This document shows, one piece after another, positions 22,663 through 35,558 of a stretch of 64,000 bases of DNA. Made by a program: the position numbers and the translations under genes. The stretch is from Marsupella aquatica. Its lineage: Eukaryota; Plantae; Marchantiophyta. Positions within the stretch are counted from its first letter, which is position 1. Each line of letters opens with the position of its first letter. Under the pieces are notes generated by a model, which was not told the DNA's origin, made no database searches, and worked only from the letters and a program-made list of their open reading frames with translations. Location: assembly GCA_973895155.1 (NCBI GenBank), contig OZ316892.1, positions 25,691,233 to 25,755,232 of the forward strand, given 5' to 3'.

Positions 22663-24171
22663 TACACTCACCATTCAGATTCTTGACTCAATTCCTTTTT
22701 GGTGTACCTACCTTTCACATCAGACAAGCGCAATAGATTGCAATATGAATAACTCATAGTGTATATTGTTGAAGCTTCTACTAGAATTGGTATTCTTAGT
22801 GGAAGCATCAACACTATATACTATCAGTTTTCCATGAGATATGGATGCCTAAGGAGCACATTAGGGTTCAAATAATCTTGATGAAGACCCAAATAAGGTG
22901 CGCATTTGAATGAACTTTTCTTTTCTTACTAAGGGGTGTTTAATTCACAACAAAACTTTACTTAACAATTTTTAGGGGTCAAAATGTTAGGATTTGGAAT
23001 TCTTATAAGTATGATAGGGAAGGGGAAAAAAAAATTTACTTAATAAGTTAGGGGTGCAAGGGTCCAAAACGTCGAGCGTGATATGGGGGTCTCTGTATAC
23101 TGAGGACCCCGAGGCCACACAGGAGTCAGGAGATGGAAAATGCTGAGCATGATGGTGGAGCACATGCCCAATCCAGAGACGCCACATTTGCAATCGGAGA
23201 ATCTGGGTTCTTGGTGGTGTCCACCTAGTGTTTACATGCTTTCAGCTAGTCTCTCAAGCTCACATTCACATCTGAGCATTTTGCTTCACCATTGAAGCAA
23301 TTGCACATAGCCATATTTGTGATCATCCCTTGGAGGTTCAGATTGGTAACCCAAGTTGAAGTGTAATATTAGGCAAATTCCTGATCAATTTTTGTCAATT
23401 TCAAGAACGACAGCTTCCAACACGACATGTGCTGAGTGGTTTGACTACAACTCCCATCAACACAATCTCGAAAGGTGATTCTTCAACTGATGCTGACATG
23501 CAATCCCATGGGCCTAGAGTACACATCCATTTTATTCTGTATCGTCAAAATGACTGAAGCATTGAAGCTTCTCCCACCTTAGCTGAGTCTCAAGAATGGC
23601 ACGCATAGCTGCTATGATACAAGTCCCCAGGGGGCTCCTTGGTAAACCCAACTCGAGTTTTAATGAGTTAAAGGACACTCACTGACCTGAGTTTCTGAGG
23701 TACCTCTTTTCAAGGCTTAACTCATGGTGAGCCTGTAACTCACTGGAATGTGGCCGTCAGGTCGCGGAGGACATATCTGCAGTTCCCACAAAATGTCACC
23801 TTCAGCAACTTTGGCAATCAGTGTACCAACCCCCACACCAAAATCACTCGCACAAATGCTTCAGCGCCCTTCAAAAATCATCAGAGCCCATTCAAAAACG
23901 GATGATGTTGAGATGACCTGCAGGTACTTGCTGTGACTAGTCTCAAACCAAAAACCCATTAAAAATGCCCAAAAGTTGGGTAGCAAACCAAAATCCATGT
24001 AGTGGCTGATTGAAAATATAGGAACAGCTGGTTTGAGATCTCCAATGTGGACTTAAGGTTTGATACAAGAAAAAAAACCAGATCTGGTTGTGCACTATAG
24101 AGTACATTGCACGGGATACCATCTGTCAGAAGCCTCCACATAATTGAGTTCTCTTGGAATTGTCAAGAGCA

Positions 24172-24365
24172 TGGACCGGATAGGAATTGAACCTGTGATC
24201 TCCCATGTATATCACAGTGCTCTACCACTGAGCTGAACCGCTAGGAATTGAACCTATGACCTCCCATGTATATGGTAGTGCTCTATCACTAAGATGTACC
24301 AGCTAGGAATTGAACCTATGATTTCCCATGTATATCATAGTGCTCTACCACTGAGCTACAGGCCC
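24172..24365 (-). repeat. Three head-to-tail tRNA-derived (SINE-head-like) units
   Basis: Minus strand gggcctgtagctcagtggtagagcac...ggttcaattcctagctgg occurs 3 times with A- and B-box motifs; the anticodon arm is degenerate. Confidence 0.6.
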
Positions 24366-24389
24366 TTCATGCCTGCATCCATCATCACT

Positions 24390-24850
24390 TGAGTGTGCCT
24401 GTGTTTCATTTCCAACACTTATTCACCACTCCCATGAGTTTGAGTGTGGTTCATTTCCACCACTCCCATGAGGTCGAGTGTTGTTCGTTTCCAAAATGCC
24501 TCGTGAGTGTGCCTGTGTTTCATTTCCAACAGTTATTCACCACTCCCATGAGTTTGAGCGTGGTTCATTTCCACCACAAACATTAGTTGAGTGTCGTTCA
24601 TTTCCAAGATGCCTCCATCCATCATCAGTACAGTATGCCTGTGTTTCATTTCCAACAGTTCTTCACCACTCCCATCAGTTGAATGTGTTTCATTTCTAAC
24701 AGTTTTTCACCACTCCCATCAGTTGAATGTGTTTCATTTCTAACAGTTCTTCACCACTCCCATCAGTTGAATGTGTTTCATTTCTAACAGTTCTTCACCA
24801 CTCCCATCAGTTGAGCGTGGTTCATTTCCAAACAGTTCTTCACCACTCCT
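24390..24850. repeat. ~44-bp tandem minisatellite
   Basis: gttgaatgtgtttcatttctaacagttcttcaccactcccatca is repeated near-perfectly at 24678-24810 and degenerately on the flanks. Confidence 0.85.
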
Positions 24851-26096
24851 TTTGAGAGAGGTTTGTGCGAACAGGGCCTGGAATGCACAGCGAATGGTGC
24901 GGTCCACTGGGTTAAAAAGCATTTCATTGTAATGGATGTTCCCTCCCAACCAAGCCTGGGGACTCACCTCGATGTCGAGTTGTCTACTGAAAAATTGGAA
25001 GCTAATGTGCAAGTACTGCACTGTAAAGAATCATGGCACAATCCACCACAGTACATTGAATTTCTGTAGTTACATCAATCGGACTTCGTTTCGCCTAAGT
25101 TTCGATGAGGGAGATCCATGCAGATTTTGTTATTGAAGGTGATATGGCCTTCAAGAAAGCCGCCCAAGGTCCGGACAGAGTTCTACCACCGCACGGAAGC
25201 TGTCTGAACAAAATGGCCCAATATTTCGACAACAATCTATCTTTCATTGGCTATGTATCCAATCACAAAAACCAAAGTGGGCTCGTGGGCTCTCGACAAC
25301 CTTATGCTTCACTGTGATTACACATCAAAGTAAACTAAGGAAGTCTTCATGAGCGACTATAGACAAGGCGACATCATGGCAATCTTGTCACGTGTTCCTT
25401 GCAGAATCATGTTAATAATGGTGTTGAAGAAAAAATAGTTATGCCCTTGTGTCAGTTTGACTTACAATGTCCGAAACGACAAGGAAATTGCGGGATGTAA
25501 TAACTGGTCAATGTGATAATTGCCCGGGAGGGCTGACAATTGACACAGAAAGTAAGATTGCACCACTGAAATTTAAAGTGATGGGGAGCTTTACGTAATT
25601 AGGAACTGTTTTCTTTCTGCACGAGGGCCTACCATGTCTAGCTGTCTTCTGCGGTCGTGCTGAAATCGATATTTGACACGAAACGGATTTCAAAGGATCA
25701 GTTTCGTTATCCTTCTGCGAATGAATCACTTCGAAACTTCATGCACTGGGTGGGACAGATGAGAAAACTGAGCTTGGATGGAAGCAAAAACACCCAGTGC
25801 ATGCTCGGAATCCTATGGGGAAGTGAGTTTGAAAGAATCGTGGAAGGCAAAGCTCAAATCGCTCACCATCCGTGAGGAGACTGAGCTGATGGAGCTTAAG
25901 TAAGCGAAAGTTCAGACAGGACGTTCAGCATAGATTGGCGCGATGAACTGATCGGTTGGTGAGACTGGAAACAGGCAGACCTGGGAGATTCATATCGAGC
26001 TAGCCTACTCTGCCATATCTGATGGAGTTCAGCACGCACGACCTGGCGTCAACGGATGGACACACTGCCATGGTACCAAAGGCCAGTCGTATGAAG

Positions 26097-29000
26097 ATGG
26101 CTGCTCCTCACTTGATGATGGTCCCCTACCCAACCCAACCTCACATGCTTCCTATGCTGAGTCTGGCACGTCAGATCGCGAGCCATGGGGGAATCAAGAT
26201 CACTTACGTGTGCATTCAAACGTTAATCGATCGCCTCCTGAAAAGCGAAAGCAATTTTGGTGATTCAATTCAATTCGTGGGCGTTCCAGATGAGCTGCCA
26301 GGCTTCGATCCACCGAGTGAGCTCCCTTTAAACCCCATTGTGCTTCGAGAGAGCTTGCAGCTAGGGTACTGTATGGGACCCTTTGTAGAGAAGCTGTTGC
26401 AAGACCAGCACAACCTTCAAGGGCCTACCTGCATGATCACTGACGTGATACATTGGTGGGGAATTGTAAGTATATCTTATCGTCTTCCTGAGCCTCTCAT
26501 CTAGCTGGACCATCGCATCCATATGCCTTGGCCTACTTTATCTCGATTATGTATGCCCTGCCCATGACGAGTCTTCTCTGGATGGAATTCCTCAGCGTGG
26601 CGGCCAAATCCAAATCCAATCTGCAATTGTAGTATTGTGAACCTAAGGTGCACTGGCTGTTCCATGTCTTGTGAAAGTTTACTGACGACATTGATATCCG
26701 AACCTGAAACCTAGAAGGGGATCAGCTTCGAAAGCTCAGCAGGCTGATAACAACCTTAGAAGTTCTCGGTAGAGAAGAGGTAAATAGTATTGAATGGAAA
26801 CCGAAACCTTTCTCTTCTTTATCAACATTTCGAAGAGCTTCGAGAAGTTTCAGTGAGGGGAATCGTAGCAAGTTGGAAGTCATTTTTGAAGCTCGATTAT
26901 TTTGCCTGGATGGTCATTTGAGTGTATGTCTGAGAAAGAATTCCAGTACCTGACCTTTGCTGAAATGCAACAAATGTTGCTATGCAGAAAAATGTTTTTC
27001 TTTCGAGATAGTTCATTAAGGCGAATTTGTAACTAAGATCTTCTGTGCATTCTTTGAAAAACTCTCCTCCTAGCATTTGGAAACAACTGAACTGTGTCAT
27101 ATTTGAGCGAGGAACGAGAAACTCTGCAGTAGTTGTAGTTTTATGATGGCTAGAAGGGAAGTAACTCTGTCAATTCAACGAGAGGTGAGTACTCGCGAAA
27201 TGACTTCTGGATGTCATGGTACTCTGTTGTGCAGAATATTGCTGCCAGGTTGAGGATTCCCAGGTATGTTCTGTGTGTCAGTCCAGCTGTACATTGGCAA
27301 CTTCAGCTGAATTCACCTGTGAAAGGATACTTTTTTGATGAGAAGCATGAATTCATCCGCGTACCAGGACTACCGCCTTGTCAGGCTCGACATCTTCCTG
27401 GATCTTGCCGCCACCGGATAGACGGCGGCTTTGCTGAGGTGTTTGTCCCCCGGTGGCGCAAGTGTTTGGTGGAATCAGATGGACTGTTGATGAATACGTG
27501 CATGGCATTAGAAGCCGAAGTCATCGAGTGTCTCCGGGATTCGGTAAGTGCATCTGACCTCCAATCCAAGGTTACCATCCAAAGAACTACAAGCCAAAAA
27601 CTTGGAGAAGCTGAAACTGAGCTCTAAAATTTCTTGTATTGGTTGTAACTCTACCTGTCCTCACATCCAATCGAAAATATCTGGTCTAGACAACTAGAAT
27701 GCAGAAGGTCAGCTAGAGATTCACATAATTTCTCTCTGCGCAACATATTCGTCTCCCGTCAGTACTCTAAAAAAGAAGGAAATGTGCGATCAACTGAAAA
27801 ACTCACATGTGAAACAGAAATCGAGAAGAAGAACAGAAACGTGAAGCAGATCGAAATAGAAAATTTTGAAATCCTGTCAATTGTGAACGGAAAAAAATCA
27901 AGATCCCGGGGAAGGTGCATAAAACATGTTGGATGATATTGGGCTTGGCCGAGTAATCAATACAAGCTGGACAGGTGATGAAGTGACGATGCTTGCAAAC
28001 CATGCAGGTGCAGCGTGATATCCCAGTATTTCCCGTCGGTCCACTCGGGTTGTCCCCAGGACTGTTCACAAAAAGTGTGTCGATGGAAGGCCTACACCTC
28101 TCTGACGAAAAGACAATTATTGACTGGCTCAGTGAGCAACCTCCATTGTCAGTGCTGTACGTCAGCTTTGGAACAACGGGCCTATTTAAATTTGCAAAGC
28201 AGCATGTTGCGGAATTGGCAAGGGGACTAGAGGCCAGTGGCCAACGCTTCTTGTGGGTGTTTCGAGCTCCTCCTGGTGTGGACGAGAATGACCCTGAATT
28301 GCTACCTCCAGGATTTGAAGAGAGACTGAAGGATCGAGCATTGCTGGTTAAAGGCTGGGCCCCGCAGCTTCAGATTCTGGCCCATCCTTCTACCGGTGCA
28401 TTCCTGAGTTCCTGCGGCTGGAATTCTACCGTTGAAAGTATCACCCTCGGTGTTCCAATTATCGGATGGCCTTCGTTCGCTGACCAACCCACTACCGCCA
28501 GGTTAGTCTTCGATCAAGTCCATTCGTCAGTCCCAATGTTCACCTCAATACATTTCTTTGGTTCAGAGTCTACATCTATTGCCTTCCAAATGATGGCGTT
28601 CAACGTGACAAGCTGAGAAAGAAAAAGCAAAACAGTGTATGAGAATGCTCATAAGTGAAAAAACACAAGATAGAAAAGTCATGAAATCCTAGAACAGGTA
28701 GAGGGGGTCTCAAGGGGTTGGTCGAGACAGGGAGTCTCAGGTGGTGATCCTGAGAAAAAATATGCCTGGAAACATGCCCAGCTAGCTAGAGAGAATGCGA
28801 GGTTAGCTTTTCAGAATCGTGGTTAGATTGAGGAGTCTGTGGTGGAGATAAAATGGGGAAAACTATGCCTAACGAATCAGATAAATTGGATTGGCTCGAG
28901 GTTGAATGTGGGAGTATCATGCCTATCTAAGAGATTAGATTTGATCGGAGGGAACTCTGAGGTAATGGTTCTGGGAAACACGGCTACCTGGAGAAGCTCC

Positions 29001-29463
29001 ATCGACAAGCTTTGAGTGAACTGTAAATCATGGTGGTTGTGAATCTATCTACTTGGAGAGATTCAATCAGTTTGAGCCTACATGCGGAAAAAGATGGTTG
29101 GCTATAGACCAGAGTATTTTGAGGTTGAATATGGAGAAGTGGGTTACTTAGATTTCATTTGAGGTATGATTTTTCTTCTGGCATAATGAACAATTGGACT
29201 GCGCTTGTTGGATGACCAGATATGTGGAAGGGGCGTTGAAGTTGGCGATCACGCTTCCATTTGGGCAGGACTTTATCGTAAAAGCAGAAGATTTTGCGAA
29301 GGCAATTAATGTTGTCCTTCAATCTAAAGAAGGCACAGCAATGAGAGAGAGGCTGGAGAAGTACAAGACGAGTATTGGCGCTGAGCTAGTCCCTGGTGGA
29401 TCATCTTATGCCGCCATACTCGAGTTTGCAAACTTAATTAAGTGCGGGTCTAGAAATTTCTGA
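26097..29463 (+). CDS. Family-1 UDP-glycosyltransferase, copy B; exons 26097-26465, 27235-27543, 28008-28501, 29220-29463 (~471 aa; upstream in-frame ATGs at 26022, 26070 and 26091 are possible)
   Basis: Paralog of copy A with the same intron positions; PSPG WAPQLQILAHPSTGAFLSSCGWNSTVESITLGVPIIGWPSFADQ; spliced length 1416 nt, in frame. Confidence 0.9.
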
Positions 29464-29721
29464 GAAATTGTATCAATACTTAACTAATTGTTAGCACTGA
29501 CAATTCAGGCTCTTGAGATAGACATTCTGGAAGCAAAATTGTAGGAGCAGAGGATTAACATGGCAAGACGTTAGACATGACTTGCCTAGCTAGGCAGTAG
29601 CTCCTGCTTCTAAAACAAGTCACCCTTGTAACTTTTTGTTTAGTGTCCTTTGCTGTCAATTACAATGGCAGTTCTTTATTATTGAGGAAAGACTGGTATC
29701 ACAGTTTTTACAACCAGTAGC

Positions 29722-29825
29722 ATCACAATCTAGGGGCTTTCTCACGAGAAAATAAGCCCTTATCCTAGTGTCAGCATCAATCTAGGGGCTCCCTCTCGAG
29801 ATAATAAGCCCTTATCCTAGTGTCC
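29722..29825. repeat. ~50-bp direct tandem duplication
   Basis: aatctaggggct...ataagcccttatcctagtgtc occurs twice. Confidence 0.7.
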
Positions 29826-31305
29826 CGATCTAGAGCTCTGGTGGTAGTCTTTGTTGGTTATAATTTAGATGTCCCCCGCAGTTTTGCTATCAATCTGCTC
29901 ATTTTTCAATCGTTAGAACAAACGAAGGGTAACGAGCAGCATTGTTTTTCAAGTTACGAACGTGTGGAGACCCAAAATGAAGATCCATTTTGTTCTAAAC
30001 TCGAGTCAAAATGCCCAAGTGGAGTTCAGTTTTCTCAAATTGTCTCTCAATGTCTGACTCGAATTGTCCTCGTTAGGCAGAATTATCCTCGCAAGTCTGT
30101 CCCACTGCCAGATTACTTAACGATGCAATTCCTTGTTCCCTAGAGTACAGCTGGTACATTGTCCACACAAGTCTCGTTTTGGTCTCATTACCTAGCAATA
30201 CAGGTGCATATTCCCAAGTGCAAAGCAGTGCCAATCTACTTCAGTGATTGCTACTTCCCCGATGAGAGATAGCTATTTGTTTTGAAACACGTGTTCCTCA
30301 AAGATCAGAGAATTCAACACCCTGAGCTCAAGTCCAGCAATGTCCTTAGCTTCTATGCAACTTTCAGAACAAGTCGATTGGCCCTTCCTGTAGGTGTTGG
30401 AGATTACGATCTCCTCCTGTTGTTTGTCCCTTTCGGTTTTGCCTGAATCAGTGCCTCATGTTTACCATAGTTGTCATTAGTGATTAGTGAACTCTTGTTG
30501 TCTCATCGTAGCTTAGATTCAGGTGACTCCCTCTGTCCGTGAGTTGTTACTCCGGCCGTTACTTGTGGACCACCGTTGATGTCTTCCATTGATTAATTCC
30601 ATTATCTGAAGATCTCAACAGTAAGATGGTAGGGAAGTGGAACGCTAGTATGTTAGCGTAGATACGTTTCCAGCAGTGTCCATTTCTAGTTATTTCTAAA
30701 AATTTGGATCGTTGTTCACTCTTGCTCTGGTCCCAATTTGAATGCTCTGTTCCCAATTTGACACCCAATCAAAAACAATGTGAGAAGAACCGGTATCCAA
30801 TTCCCACTCAAGAAAACATTGGTGCACAAAAATGTCATGCAAGATAGATGGGGTTCCACTACAGAAAGCATATCCCCACCGAACACCAAGTTTGTACAAT
30901 GGCGGTCACATTGTTTGTATGACAGTCCATTGGTCGGAGGGAGGAAATCCACAGAACCTGTTTGTAATAGACACACAACATCCATTTCACTAACATCATA
31001 TAGGTCCCAATGAACGTCACACATCAGCAAAGGAAACAAATAATCTGTGGACTTTAAACCAAGGCAATTCTTATGAAAAAAAATTGGTACTTAGTCAGCT
31101 GACTGGAAACGCATTGATGTGGCCATGTGCAACCAGTCTGAACAGATTTCGCGTAAGACTAAGACACTAGTTTCAAAACATTGAGGTCACCAGTCTCCAA
31201 TTTTACAGTAAGGCATACGATATTGACAATCATCCCTCTCTGGATGATTTGGAGACATAATTGATGAACACCGGCTTTTCAAATCCACGCTGCTTCCATC
31301 CCTGC

Positions 31306-33044
31306 CTACTCCGCAACATTCCATGTAAGCAATAGTTCGTAAGAAGGGGTACCGTAGAATACTGCTTCTGTGGAGCTGGGAAGCTGTCGCAGGTAGAGAT
31401 CATGCATTGGACCGTTTCTCTTTATCCAATTTAGCCCCCGGCAGGAGTTTTGATCAGCTTGTACAGTTCGAAGTCGGGCGGTTTGCCATAATATATTCGG
31501 TAGATGCCGAACACTCGATCTAGAGTCTCGAAAGAAATTGATGGTCATTGGTGTAGCTTTCTTTGACCTTGCATAGCAGCAAGACAGCCAGCGTCAAAAG
31601 CATTTGAGTCACACAAGGAGAGTTCGTGGAATCAACAACAAACCTGAGTATGGCTATCATAGAAGCTGAGTCCAGTTCCAAGGTCAGCCTGGAAATGTAG
31701 GTAGGGCCGAATGCTTCTCGAATCCAGTCCTGCTGTTTGGGTGACAGAGTTGTGCCAAGACATTGAATAAGTGCTTCCACTTCATCGACAGCTTTGGAGG
31801 GGTCCTCTACCCTGGACCGCTTAGGCTTCTGGTCTGTTCTCTGGATTGACTCCATTTCTCGCCTGGATTGACCCAGAAGCTCTGAATATGCCTCATTGAT
31901 TAGCAAGAGCTGTGGTTGGAGGCATTCTTAAAAGCGACTGTTCACGCTCGCATTTACATGTAAAAGACCAGGCCTTGCTCAATGCTTGACGAAATTCCAC
32001 ATATTTTGAGTGATCCTGGAAGTACGGCGTAGTCAACCAGCTCCTCGCCTTAACGTCTTCAGAAGCTCGGAAGAAAATAGTATTCCCCACGAACGAAGGC
32101 TGGAAATTCGGAGCACGGGAGTGATTTCCAAAAGCTGGAAGAATCCATAGTCTAGCCACTGTCGGTTTATCACTTCCAGGCTCCGCATAATCGAATCGTT
32201 TTCTACAGACAATATTTTCAATGAAGTCCATGTCAAGCTCGGACTTCTCGTTGCCAGATGCGACCCATTCAGTCCCGGGAAAAGAAATCCATCGACGGAA
32301 TCCTGTTATCATGTGACTCCCTATCAATCTCTAGACTGTACAGGCGAGCCGTCGCACGCTTGTATTTCATGACCCTTCTGTCCGACTCCCTTGTGAGATC
32401 ATTCAGGATTCTCTCGTTTCTCTGAGCTTTATCGGAATCTCCTTGCTCGAAAGGAGTTACAATCTTCTCCCGAATGACTGCCAGAGGATTGCTCACAACG
32501 AGGAGCTCGCCAGGCTCCAACCTCTTCGTGGCAAATAACCCCAGTTCCCCACGGACAACATGCGCTCCACTGGACCTATAAAATCTGCCCAGGAGTGAAT
32601 TTCGCCCTTGCAGCCCTTCAAATGGAAATCTCTCAAGTCATAGTTCCCAGTTTAAGATTGCTCATACGCAATGGTGTCGTTCTTAAGAAATTTCAGTATC
32701 GACTGATCTTCTGAAGATTCTTCAGAGGCGACTCTGAAAGCTTTGCATGCCTTCTCAAAGAAGTCAAGTGCATTAGTAGCTTTGCCTTATCGAACAAGAG
32801 TCTTGTAGAGAGCGTTGTCTGCGTCTGTCAAAAGCATTCTCATAGTCCTGGAGCCGCAGCCTGGCCTCTGCTTAGCCAGCATCAAATTTTGGTTGAAACT
32901 CTCAGCGTATTCATTATTAGCGTCCAGCTCCCGAACGCCAAAAGACAAACTCATGCAATGCGAGTAGCAACCCCCTCCTCCACGCCAATGCTCCGAAGAG
33001 AAGAAATCGTTCTCATCTCTGCGTATCGCCTCCAGCTTCTCCAC
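31306..33044 (-). pseudogene. TPR + SET-domain (SMYD-like) methyltransferase pseudogene
   Basis: Fragments in shifting frames: TPR-like start (IRRDENDFFSSEHW...CY), GLFATKRLEPGELLVVSNP, LWILPAFGNHSRAPN, FRASEDVK, WSFTCKCER; several frameshifts and stops. Confidence 0.7.
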
Positions 33045-34201
33045 TCAAGGTGCTAAAGTTCCAAAACGAGAGAATAGTGAAAGGGAGCTTTTCATCGCTA
33101 CGTCGTGCTCTCGTCGCTCGTCTTCTTCATTCATTGTCACGAATGCAACCCCTCTGTGGACTCCAAGCTCTCACACACTTCAGAGTATGACCAGCTCCTC
33201 CCCTCCCCTCTTTAGAAATCTGTGATGGCAACCTCCTCTAAAGGAATAGTGGAACGAAGAATTGTAATTTCGAGCCCTCTTGAGCTATTCGTAAATTGCC
33301 AAATGTAGATTGTCGCAATTGTTGCGGCCGAAAACTCTGGTGGGAAACTTCGCAGCTTCTTGACGCCCATGGAGAAAATTCAGTCACAGAGCAAGCGCCG
33401 TCTTTTTCAGGTACGCTTCATTACAGAAAGTAAGGCGAAGACACCGCATTTATGGTGAAGCGGGATTGTCGCTCGGGGAAGGACTGATCCAAACGGACCG
33501 GTTTCGTTATCTTCTTAGACAGAATTTATCTTGTGACTCATATGTTTGAGACGCCCTAGTGCGCTCAACAACTGGGAGTATTATGCTACTGCTTCCCGTG
33601 CACATTTCTCAGTGTTTTCTCTCGATACAGACTACGCCCCTAGGACTAATCAAGGTCAGCAAAATCTAGATTTACTGGTGGAGCCTGCTGACTGTCGAAC
33701 ATCGGTTCAGTGTAGTAGCCTACCATGAACTTGTGACTTTGTAGATTTTGCTGACCGTGTGAAGAAAGGTAGAAGGTGTCGGTCTTGGTTTTTTTCATTG
33801 GATATGAAGCACGCAGTAGTCTGTTGACAACACAAGTGTTCGGTAATGGATGTGTTTGGAGTAAAGACTTTCACAGGGAGCCATTAGCCATGCAGGAGAA
33901 CGCATATAGAGCTCATTCAAAAGCCAAGCACAAACCTTTTGAAGGGTTTCTGAGGTGTTGCGAAGCTTGCAAGCAACAAAAAGTTTCCAGCACACGAGCA
34001 ATCGTAAAAGATATTAACAAGAGCCCAAAATCCACGATGATAGTCTGAAAACTTGTTCAGATTCTGTGGTAAACTATTTTGTCATGCTTATCCTCTTGTG
34101 TCCGTTATTCGAATCATTACTGTTATTTCAATGTGGTCTCTGTTCTCAAAATGTAGCTGTTATCATGTTTTATTTTAGCCTGGAAATGATGTGCAGTTTC
34201 C

Positions 34202-35558
34202 TCAACGAGCATGCAGGGCACAGTTGTCACGAAGATCAAAGAAAGCTGCAGTGGAATCGTCTCTTGGCAGCCACTCTCGAAGCTCCCATGTAGTCGCCTG
34301 GACTCCTGCGGTCGGCGTTGCCACCGAGACTCCAACAGAGTCCACAAACCATGAAGGCATGAACCCAGAGTTGTCTGTGTACAAAGCCATCTTGCAGATG
34401 TGAGTAACACAGTCGCCAGTCTCTAGAAACTTGTCGACCTTGCCCCTCTCGAAGTTGTTTTTTCCGTTGTCCAAGCTGGGGAAGTAGACGCTCTCGCTGG
34501 CGTTATTGTACAGCCGTAGACTTATCGTGGAATCTGTTCCGGCGCCCAATTTCCTCCCAGTCACTGTGGTAATGGTGTAGATGCACAACTGGTCGATTCC
34601 CAATCCAGAATTGTGACTTGATCAGCTTATTATTCAAGATAAAGAAAGGGAACCAATCAGTTAACAAGAACTTCCTAGACTATGATGTGATCTTGCTCGA
34701 ATAATATACACTTGAGAGCTCAGTCACAGTTTCTAACTTATGTTGGGATTGTGGCACTGCCAACATCCCATAGGAAGTTGAGGAAGAAGAAGAACAAATG
34801 ATCTAACATTATATGTACTTTCATTCAGATCTTCACCTTCATATGTAAAGGTGAAGATCTAGAATCAATCCAGCACTCTGGTATTTGACATTTTCAAATT
34901 CGAGTCTTGGCATACATCAATACTCATGTGAAGCACACGAACGATCTGTCGTATAATAAATTGGCCCAAAGACTCCCACAAAGACTACAATGGTCTCTTA
35001 AATTTGGGCACTTCAAGAAGAATTATAAAACTGAATATGACTTAGTAACCCTCAGTTCACAATTCTTTGCTCTATTTACCGAACAATAATCATTCGTAGC
35101 TGCTGATTTGGCAAAACTTTGACAGTCATGGGGAACTCTTTGTAGCCCGTAGATAAAGGGATCTTCGCTCGGGTTGATATGTTAGCGCTTAATTGTGGAT
35201 GAAGGCAATCAAAAAGTTCGTGCTGTTCAGATTCAAGCTAACGTTCTGACATAGAACGATATATTTTCAAATCAATCTGCAAAAGTATCCGAGTCTCTGT
35301 GTCTTTTAATCGGGGTTGGATCCTTACCAGTTTTGCGACCGGCTCGACCTTGGCCCGATCTCTCACATGCTCAGAGATCATGCTCTCAGCTTGTGCCACA
35401 GGGTCATCAACTCGAGCTGGGTTGATAGTTGCTGCAGTATGGCTACTCGTCGCGTCACATTGAGAGAGAAAGGCATGTAAGACGATCATGATGGAAGAAA
35501 TGATGACAGCCTCAAACCGGAAGGCACAAGAACGCGAGTGGAATAGCTTGGCCGCCAT
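34202..35558 (-). CDS. PLAT/LH2-domain protein with N-terminal signal peptide; exons 35558-35328 and 34588-34202 (~205 aa)
   Basis: CIYTITTVTG..GAGTDSTISLRL...FERGKVDKF...C.MALYTDNSG.MPSWFVDSVGV is the plant PLAT signature. Exon 1 is hydrophobic; junctions ctg|gtaagg and ccag|ttg are in frame. Confidence 0.82.

Larger units (their letters stand above)
10062..23113 (+). mobile_element. Cut-and-paste DNA transposon, P-element-like; 13,052 bp (~6.55 kb excluding the nested Copia); carries cargo ORFs
   Basis: Left TIR cccggggtcctca (10062) and right TIR tgaggaccccgag (ending 23113) match at 12/13. Perfect 8-bp TSD gccacaca at 10054-10061 and 23114-23121. Transposase-like frame near the right end. 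Confidence 0.88.

Noticed and set aside
24390-24850. CRISPR-like regular repeats
   Set aside because: Units are contiguous with no unique spacers, there are no cas genes, and the context is eukaryotic: a minisatellite.
34827-34860. Short palindrome in the PLAT intron
   Set aside because: A 13-bp stem only, with no other support for function.
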